64,000 nucleotides of DNA from contig PMIE01000043.1 of the NCBI GenBank assembly GCA_003156975.1, positions 26,618 to 90,617 on the forward strand. Direction: 5' to 3'. Position 1 is the stretch's first letter. Every line of letters begins with the position of its first letter. The notes beneath the pieces were generated by a model. The model worked only from the letters and a program-made list of their open reading frames with translations. It made no database searches and was not told where the DNA came from. The position numbers and the translations under genes are program-made. Origin of the DNA: Chloroflexota bacterium (lineage in GTDB: Bacteria; Chloroflexota; Limnocylindria; Limnocylindrales; CSP1-4). Of the stretch, positions 57,609-64,000 are shown one piece after another.

Positions 57609-59011
57609 TTCCCGGGCCGCAACCGTCGCAGAACGGGAGAGGCGCCCCACAGCCGCCACAGGGTCTGCAGTAGCAAGACGACCTCTTCCCGGCCCGGGAC
57701 AAAGAGGCGGAATGGCGACAAACCGGAAAGACGACTCGCGAAAGTGAGCGCCACCACCGCCTGGAAGGTATACGAAACAAGCGAGGCAAGGGCGGCCCCG
57801 ACGATCCCGAACAGCGGAATCAGCACGATGTTGAGCGCGACGTTGAGGACGAGTGAGGCGATCGTCCCGATCGAGATCAGGCCCGGGTGACCGCGGCCCG
57901 CAAGGTAGCTGATCATGACCTTGCCGACGCTGAATGAGACTGCGCCCGGCAGAAGGACGAGAAACGCCGGCAGGCAGTCCACGTAGGCCCGCAGCACCAC
58001 GTGAATGCCGACTATCCCGATCGGAACCAGCGTCACGGCCACCAGAAGTGTGAGCAGCGTGGTCAGACGGCCGACTCGTCCGACCATTCGGTTGGCGTCC
58101 TCGACCGTCGCCCCCGCGACGCGCGGCAGGAATATCGCGCCCACGGCATCGGGGATGTAGAAGACGAGCTCCGCCATGGTGACGGCCATGCTGTAGAGCC
58201 CGAGCATCCTCTTGGCCGTTACCGCGGAGAGGATCAAGGCCTGGATGAGGTAGGTGTCCGCGCGGTAGTGGAAGTACCCAGTGATGCTCGACGGATAGAC
58301 TTTCGCGCCGTACGCAACCACGCTCCGGACAGGCGCAGGCTCACCGGATGGATTGGCTCTGGCGAGCCTGTGGATCGTGATCAGGATCAATGCCACAGTC
58401 GCGATATTGATCACGATCGTGGTCGCCACGGCGCCGTTGACTCCGAGGCGAAGCACTCCCACGAGGATGATGACCAGAGCCAGCGAGAGGCAGGCCATGC
58501 ACAGCTGGATCAGGTTCCAGGAGCGGACCTTCTGGCGGCCATAAAGGATCGACACGCCAAACGCCGACAGGATCGAGAGCGGCACGGTGAAGAGGATCAC
58601 CCGCAGGAGCGTGTCCGGAGCCGCGTGGAAGAGAGTCCGCTCGAGTACCGGCAGGAGCAGCCACACGAGCGCGACAAGGGCCAGAGAGAACACCGCCGAG
58701 AACGCGTAGGTCAGCTTCAGCAGGCTGGCGATCGAATGGCCGCGACCGGCGAAGAAGTTGATCGCGTTGGGCAGCCCGAACATGCCGACGGCAACGATCA
58801 TTCCCGGAACCGTCACGACGGCGACGAGCTCACCCTTGTGCGTGGGGCCCAGGAGCGCCGAGAGCAGGAACGAACTGACGAAAGCGATGCCGAAGAGCGC
58901 GACAGAAGTGGTCAGCACTCCGGCGACCCGACTGGCGAAAACCCCCATCGGCTTGCCGGCCCGACCCGAAACGTCGGATCCGGCAGGGGTGGAGTCGAGC
59001 TGGTTGGTCAT
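57605..59011 (-). CDS. polysaccharide biosynthesis flippase (Wzx/MOP superfamily)
   Basis: A 468-aa protein with ~14 TM helices. Its stop overlaps the convergent dehydrogenase stop. Confidence 0.8.
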   Translation of the reverse strand: MTNQLDSTPAGSDVSGRAGKPMGVFASRVAGVLTTSVALFGIAFVSSFLLSALLGPTHKGELVAVVTVPGMIVAVGMFGLPNAINFFAGRGHSIASLLKLTYAFSAVFSLALVALVWLLLPVLERTLFHAAPDTLLRVILFTVPLSILSAFGVSILYGRQKVRSWNLIQLCMACLSLALVIILVGVLRLGVNGAVATTIVINIATVALILITIHRLARANPSGEPAPVRSVVAYGAKVYPSSITGYFHYRADTYLIQALILSAVTAKRMLGLYSMAVTMAELVFYIPDAVGAIFLPRVAGATVEDANRMVGRVGRLTTLLTLLVAVTLVPIGIVGIHVVLRAYVDCLPAFLVLLPGAVSFSVGKVMISYLAGRGHPGLISIGTIASLVLNVALNIVLIPLFGIVGAALASLVSYTFQAVVALTFASRLSGLSPFRLFVPGREEVVLLLQTLWRLWGASPVLRRLRPGN

Positions 59012-59085
59012 TGGTCGAGGACTCTATCAGTCTCTGCGCGAGGCCGCTGCCGGGTGACGATCGAGCCGCGGAGCGGCGTCCGAGC

Positions 59086-60159
59086 TCAGGCGATGCCGAG
59101 CGACTCGAGAACGGTGCCCGCCCTGGCTGCCCATGTCGACTCCGGAAGGCAGGCGAACCGCCGCGCATTCGTCGCCAGCCGGCGGGCGAGAGCTTCGTCC
59201 GCAAGCAGCTCGAGAAGGCCCTCGGCAATCCCCTCGGCCGTGTCGGGCGTCGTCAAGCCGGCGTCGCTCTCCTCCAGAACGCGGGCGGTTTCGGTTGCGG
59301 CGGTCGCCACGACAGGCTTGCCGTAACTGAGGTAGTCCCACAACTTGATCGGGATGACGAAGTTGGTGTACTCGGTGATGGGCCTGGGAATGACGCAGCA
59401 GCGGGCGTCGGTCAGCACCTGAACGAGACCATCACGGCCGGTCCGCCGTAGGTCCACGTAATCCGGCAGCGCGGCTCGACGCTCCGCCGACGGGCTCGGC
59501 CCGACCGCCACCAGCCGGGCCTCCGGGCAGCGAGCGCGAACTATCGCCATCGCCTCCACCAGCGTGTCGAAGCCATCGGCCCACCCCACGCCGCCGACAT
59601 ATGCCACCAGCGGCTGTCCACCGGCGCCCAGATCGGGCGAGGAAGGATCTGTTCCCGGCGGTAGCAGAACAGGCCGGCGCAGATGGAGCGCCTCTCCCAG
59701 GCCTGCCGACTGCACGTAGCGAACCGTTGCGATGCGAGCCAGAAGCGGCTTGGTCAGGCGCCACGCCCAATCCGAGAGGACCTGACGGCGGCGCTGGCGC
59801 GGGTAGATGTCCCGGTATAGCTGGTAGGCGTCACGGAAGTACACGCCGACCGGCTTTCGAAGGAGCCGCATCAGCAGCAGGAAAGCCAGATCCGTCGGCA
59901 TCGAACTGGTCGTCACCGACTCCACATAGACGACGCCCACACGCCGCGGCCCACCACGAAGAAGCCATCTCAGGCTCGCCGCGGCGCGACGGAAGCGGCC
60001 GCCCACGATGCGTTCGGTGTGGGTTCGAGCGGACAGCGCCCGAGTCATCATCTCGATGCGGACCTTGGGAGCCTTGTCCAGACCGGCCAGGTCGTACATG
60101 CCGTAGAGCAGCACGCCCTTACTGCGAACGGTTTGGCTCAGGGGTCTATCCGACATCAC
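59086..60159 (-). CDS. glycosyltransferase (GT-B fold, family 4-like)
   Basis: The C-terminal domain motifs VIPRPITEYTNFVIPIKLWDYLSYGKPVVATA are present. Confidence 0.75.
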   Translation of the reverse strand: MMSDRPLSQTVRSKGVLLYGMYDLAGLDKAPKVRIEMMTRALSARTHTERIVGGRFRRAAASLRWLLRGGPRRVGVVYVESVTTSSMPTDLAFLLLMRLLRKPVGVYFRDAYQLYRDIYPRQRRRQVLSDWAWRLTKPLLARIATVRYVQSAGLGEALHLRRPVLLPPGTDPSSPDLGAGGQPLVAYVGGVGWADGFDTLVEAMAIVRARCPEARLVAVGPSPSAERRAALPDYVDLRRTGRDGLVQVLTDARCCVIPRPITEYTNFVIPIKLWDYLSYGKPVVATAATETARVLEESDAGLTTPDTAEGIAEGLLELLADEALARRLATNARRFACLPESTWAARAGTVLESLGIA

Positions 60160-60243
60160 TGCAAAGATAACTCAGCGACCCGCGAATGCCGGCGCCACCA
60201 GCGCTCACCACCTCAGCGGACCAACTGGCCGCGCGAACCTGCG

Positions 60244-61725
60244 CTACGGGCAGACGTTGCGGGGTTTTGCCTTGCCGGACCAGAGGCTGTCCGTGCCAAA
60301 CAGCTTGATCGACTCAGCGGCAAGAACCGGCATGTTCGGGCAGATCGACGCGTTCGGGGTGTTGCTCGCATAGGTGGGTGGGCTCAACACCACATTGGTG
60401 AAGTTGGCGTCCGGAACACTCACCGCCGCCGCCACATAGTCCGCAACCATTGAGGTCTTGAAGGACTTGGAAACCTGGACGCTCTTTCCAACCGTCTGGA
60501 TCAGGCCCGGAATCTGCAGAACGGCGCCTGGCTGGGACATCTTCGACAAGAGGGCCCGCATCACCTGCTGCTGGCGAGCCGCCCGCTTGTAGTCCGAGTC
60601 GCAGGTTCGCTCTCTGGCGTAGGCGAGAGCACGCATGCCGTTCAAGTGCTGCATGCCGGCGCCGATGTACAGCCCCTTGGTGCCATCGATCCAGAAGAAG
60701 CCCGCGCACTGGATTACGGACGGGTTGTTCACGTCGATACCACCGACGGCGTCGATCATCTTCATGAAGCCATCGAGATCCATCACCGCCCAGTAGTCGA
60801 TGTGGATTCCGACCAGATACTGGACCTCCCGCACGAACATTCCGAATCTGCCCTCGGGGTCACCCTGCGGCGGGGACTTGATGTTCCCTTTGGACAGTTG
60901 CGCCTGCATGTAGGTGATTTCGTACGATTCCGAGAGCGGGACCTTGCCGCCGTAGTACAGAGGGTAGCCCGCGAATTCCCTGGGTACGCTCACCATCTGG
61001 ACCGAGTTGGCTTTGGGATCGTAGCTGACGACCATGATCGAGTCGTAGTGAGTTCCCGATCGGACGGCAAGCCCGGAACTCGGGGAGGCGTCCTTGCCCG
61101 CAAAGAGCATCGTTACGCGGCCATCGGGCGCTTCCGTTGCGGTTGGGGAGGGCGTCGGAGAGGGCGTCTGGTCTTGCGTGCCGTCAGCGACCTGTGAGGG
61201 CACCAACGTGGGGACGTCGCTTGGGATAGGTGAGTCGTCTACCAGATCGTTTCCGCCGCCGTAGATCTGATTCTCGGCGTTATACGCATCGGCCAGGAGG
61301 TAGCTCCCGGCGCCATGGGTCAGAACGATGATTGCGGCGAGGGCCGCGAGAACAGCCCGATGCGCGGGGCGACTGCTGAGGTGCCGCTTGCCTTCCACGA
61401 AGGGCTGGGTCACGCTGACGAGCCGCCAGACGCCGATGACGATCAGGAGGATCAGGGCGCCCAATACGTACACCGGTTCCAGGAAGCGAGCCCCGAAAGC
61501 TACCGCCCCGCTGCGAAGCTGGTACGCCAGAAGTGGTACCAGGATCAGCGTCGGGACAAAGAAGATCGCCGCGAGCCGGCGATTGCCCGCGTACAGCTGG
61601 CCCAGGCCGGGCCAGATGAAGGACAGCAGGGCGGCGATAGACGGCGATCGCCCTTTGTCGGATGCGGGAGGCGTGTTCGTATCCAAAGCGAGCGGACTGT
61701 AACACACCATTCCGGGAGTTCGCAT
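60244..61725 (-). CDS. LCP family (LytR-CpsA-Psr) cell-envelope glycopolymer transferase
   Basis: The start is placed at MRTPGM. There is an N-terminal TM anchor and an S/P/T linker. The LCP domain reads DSIMVVSYDPKANSVQMVSVPRE...LNGMRALAYARER. Confidence 0.8.
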   Translation of the reverse strand: MRTPGMVCYSPLALDTNTPPASDKGRSPSIAALLSFIWPGLGQLYAGNRRLAAIFFVPTLILVPLLAYQLRSGAVAFGARFLEPVYVLGALILLIVIGVWRLVSVTQPFVEGKRHLSSRPAHRAVLAALAAIIVLTHGAGSYLLADAYNAENQIYGGGNDLVDDSPIPSDVPTLVPSQVADGTQDQTPSPTPSPTATEAPDGRVTMLFAGKDASPSSGLAVRSGTHYDSIMVVSYDPKANSVQMVSVPREFAGYPLYYGGKVPLSESYEITYMQAQLSKGNIKSPPQGDPEGRFGMFVREVQYLVGIHIDYWAVMDLDGFMKMIDAVGGIDVNNPSVIQCAGFFWIDGTKGLYIGAGMQHLNGMRALAYARERTCDSDYKRAARQQQVMRALLSKMSQPGAVLQIPGLIQTVGKSVQVSKSFKTSMVADYVAAAVSVPDANFTNVVLSPPTYASNTPNASICPNMPVLAAESIKLFGTDSLWSGKAKPRNVCP

Positions 61726-61775
61726 TTTCCGGTCGGGCGGCGGCCGATGCGCTTGCGGATTGGTCGCGCGGTTCC

Positions 61776-62351
61776 TCAGTCCTGCCTGAAGGTGAACTGA
61801 GAGGCGTTGGGCGAGGCCAGCCACTCGGCCAGTGTCGGCGCGGATTCATCCTTGGCGGAGAGGATCGGGTTGCTGACGGGCCAATCGATGCCGATGTCCG
61901 GGTCGTTCCAGCGGATGCCGCCCTCAGTGGCGTGGTTGTACGTGCCCGTGGTCAGGTACTCGATTTCTGCGACTTCCGACAACACGCAGAAGCCCCGGGC
62001 GAAGCTGGCCGGGGCCCACAGCTGGCGCGGATCTTCGGCGTCCCCTTCCAGGCCGACCCAGCGCCCGGCCGTCGGAGATCCCAGCCGGATGTCGACTGCA
62101 ACCAGGAAGGCCCGGCCCATCACGACCCGCATGAGCTTGCCCATCGGTGGATCCCATTGGAAGTGGAGCCCTCGAACCACACCCTTGGTGGAGCGGGAAT
62201 GGTTGAGTTGCAGGAATCGATCCGGCAGACCCAGACGGGCAAACAGATCCTGGCGATAGACCTCCATGAAGAAGCCGCGGCCGTCGGGCATTCGCTCGGG
62301 CACGACGATCTTGACCTCGTCGAGCGCGGTCGATTCGATGGAGAAGGGCAT
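61776..62351 (-). CDS. rmlC: dTDP-4-dehydrorhamnose 3,5-epimerase
   Basis: The RmlC cupin motifs FFMEVYRQD..., RGLHFQ and LWAPASFARGF are present. The start is placed at MPFSIE (62351). Confidence 0.8.
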   Translation of the reverse strand: MPFSIESTALDEVKIVVPERMPDGRGFFMEVYRQDLFARLGLPDRFLQLNHSRSTKGVVRGLHFQWDPPMGKLMRVVMGRAFLVAVDIRLGSPTAGRWVGLEGDAEDPRQLWAPASFARGFCVLSEVAEIEYLTTGTYNHATEGGIRWNDPDIGIDWPVSNPILSAKDESAPTLAEWLASPNASQFTFRQD

Positions 62352-62576
62352 CGGATTGTGGCTCCAGACTGCGGTGGGTTCGGGCTCCCGGAGGCCCTGG
62401 CCGTCCGGGACGGTCATCCCGCGAAGGATGGCGCGCGGCCCTCGCAGGCAGGGTTACCGTATCCAAACCCGCAGCCTGTAGAATACCTACTCGCCGTTGC
62501 GACTTCGCGCCATCAGCGCGATACTCCATTCCTCAGGGTGCGTCGCGATCTTGCGCCCGAGGAGAAGGGGCGAAAT

Positions 62577-64000
62577 TTGATCCGCCGCTATGCCGCGGTA
62601 CTGCGTTGGTCTCTCGCCGCCGCGGACATTGTTCTCGCGCTGTTGGTCGTGGTAGTGGCGACCAACTTCCGATTCGGGCAGGGATCCGGCTGGCCCCTGG
62701 ACCAATCTGCCGCAATCAACAATCCGGACCTTTCCCTGCCGGACCCAAAGCTTGCCGTTGCCGTCTTCATCGGCATGTGGATCGCGGTCCTGTGGATGCT
62801 CGGCATGTACCGCAGCCGGGCCAGATGGACGAGGCGAAGCGACGTTGCCACTGTGCTGCGGGCGACCGTAGTCCAGCTGGTTGCGACCCTCAGCTTGCTG
62901 TGGATCTTCAAGCTGCCCGACGTCAGCCGCTTGCTGCTGGCGGTCGTCTTCCCGTTACTTGCGATTGCCGCGATCGGCATCCGGATCGTAGTGCGGCAGA
63001 TCCTCGTGCTTGCCCGTGACCATGGCCGCAACGTCCGATACATGCTGGTTCTTGGGGCCGGGCCCCGGGCCAAGGCGTTCGCGGACCTGGTCGAGAGCCA
63101 CGCCGAGCTGGGCCTTGTTGTCATCGGGCACCTGAAGGCGGACCCGTCGGATGCGGGAGTGGTGCTGGACCGACCGCTTCTCGGCATGATCGACGACCTG
63201 GAGCAGGTCCTTCACGGCCAGATCGTGGACGAAGTGGCCGTCTGCCTCCCCTTCTCCATGGAGGATCTCATCGAGCAGGTGGCCCTGCTGTGCGAGCAGG
63301 AGGGCAAGGTTGTCAGGATGCCGGTCGCTCCCATGGAACGCCTGTTGACGAACGGCCGGCTCGAGAGCATCGACGGCGTCGGCGTCTATTCGCTGGCCAA
63401 CGGTCCGGATCGCGCTATCGGTCTGGCGCTGAAACGAACGATGGACGTGGTCGGCGCGTTGGTGGCGATGGTCGTCCTTTCTCCGGTGCTGGCGCTGCTG
63501 GCAATCGCGATCAGGCTCGACTCAGAAGGGCCCGTTCTCTTCCGCCAGGAGCGCGTCGGGCTGCACGGGCGATCCTTCAACGTTCTGAAGTTCCGGAGCA
63601 TGTGCAACGACGCCGAGGGGCAGCTCCCGGATCTCCGGGATCAGAACGAGATCAACGGGCATGCCTTCAAGCTGGCCGAAGACCCGAGGGTCACGCGCGT
63701 GGGGCGATTCCTGCGGCGCTCGTCTCTCGATGAGCTGCCTCAGCTCGTGAACGTGCTACGTGGCCAGATGAGTCTCGTGGGACCGCGTCCGCCACTGCCC
63801 ACCGAAGTCGCCAACTACGACACGTGGCATCGCCGCAGGCTCTCGATGAAGCCCGGAATGACAGGGCTCTGGCAGGTCGGCGGACGCCACAGCCCGGAGT
63901 TCGACTACTGGGTCGCTCAGGACCTGGAGTACATCGACAGCTGGTCCCTGTGGCTGGACTTCAAGATCATGGCAAGAACGGTTCCGGCGGTCCTGGGCGG
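62577..64000 (+). CDS. undecaprenyl-phosphate sugar phosphotransferase (WbaP/EpsL-type bacterial sugar transferase), 3'-partial at the window end
   Basis: The frame-0 translation gives N-terminal TM helices and a central Rossmann-like domain. The C-terminal catalytic domain reads VLKFRSM...DELPQLVNVLRGQMSLVGPRP...GMTGLWQV. A TTG at 62577 has GGAGAAGGGG upstream, and a GTG at 62538 is an alternative start. The gene is missing from the ORF track because it runs off the window end. Confidence 0.8.
   Translation, partial: MIRRYAAVLRWSLAAADIVLALLVVVVATNFRFGQGSGWPLDQSAAINNPDLSLPDPKLAVAVFIGMWIAVLWMLGMYRSRARWTRRSDVATVLRATVVQLVATLSLLWIFKLPDVSRLLLAVVFPLLAIAAIGIRIVVRQILVLARDHGRNVRYMLVLGAGPRAKAFADLVESHAELGLVVIGHLKADPSDAGVVLDRPLLGMIDDLEQVLHGQIVDEVAVCLPFSMEDLIEQVALLCEQEGKVVRMPVAPMERLLTNGRLESIDGVGVYSLANGPDRAIGLALKRTMDVVGALVAMVVLSPVLALLAIAIRLDSEGPVLFRQERVGLHGRSFNVLKFRSMCNDAEGQLPDLRDQNEINGHAFKLAEDPRVTRVGRFLRRSSLDELPQLVNVLRGQMSLVGPRPPLPTEVANYDTWHRRRLSMKPGMTGLWQVGGRHSPEFDYWVAQDLEYIDSWSLWLDFKIMARTVPAVLG

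Noticed and set aside
58001-59326. 441-aa ORF on the plus strand
   Set aside because: It is antisense to the Wzx flippase. It is a charged, low-complexity translation.
1-64000. CRISPR arrays, rRNA/tRNA genes, and transposase/integrase genes
   Set aside because: No regularly spaced short repeats, no rRNA-like conserved stretches, no recognisable tRNA cloverleaf candidates in intergenic regions and no transposase-like translations were seen by eye. A tRNAscan/Infernal run would be needed to be definitive.

Overview
This is a high-GC (~70%), gene-dense chromosomal segment that looks actinobacterial. The evidence is an F420-type LLM oxidoreductase, a PPi-dependent phosphofructokinase, an LCP-family protein, thyX and an ECF sigma/anti-sigma pair. 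I can support about 50 protein-coding genes and found no rRNA, tRNA or CRISPR array.

From start to end the window holds:
- a minus-strand gene string: a membrane EAL phosphodiesterase, a YcgR-like PilZ protein, an F420 LLM oxidoreductase, msrB and an alpha/beta hydrolase;
- a class I aminotransferase, hypothetical proteins, an msrA whose ORF overlaps a well-formed 79-aa gene in another frame, an FGGY kinase and a RibD-C reductase;
- the PPi-PFK (GGDD motif), followed by a GreA factor carrying a ~260-aa N-terminal extension;
- ldh, a translationally coupled SatD/SatE-like pair and thyX;
- a tandem duplication of a coiled-coil gene with its leader, immediately followed by a pseudo-receiver plus ParA/MinD-type ATPase;
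- mscS, an IclR regulator divergent from a class V aminotransferase, an ankyrin-repeat protein and a DUF885 protein;
- a 973-aa protein with a SAM-motif-I-like segment and two Zn-ribbon CxxC pairs;
- an ECF sigma with a polytopic anti-sigma, a TPR protein with an acidic tail, and an overlapping HipA-like kinase/DUF3037 pair;
- a PolX/PHP polymerase, a GGDEF cyclase, a soluble MgtE-N/CBS protein coupled to an NRAMP transporter, and a ~13-kb cell-envelope glycan cluster.

The best candidates for undescribed systems are the coiled-coil paralogs with the orphan ParA-like ATPase, the HipA-like kinase with DUF3037, the large Zn-ribbon MTase-like protein, the GreA fusion, and the MgtE-N/CBS sensor coupled to NRAMP. 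All calls rest on reading the six-frame translations for motifs and composition; no database searches were run. ORF-track coordinates include the stop codon, and the track displays GTG/TTG starts as M.
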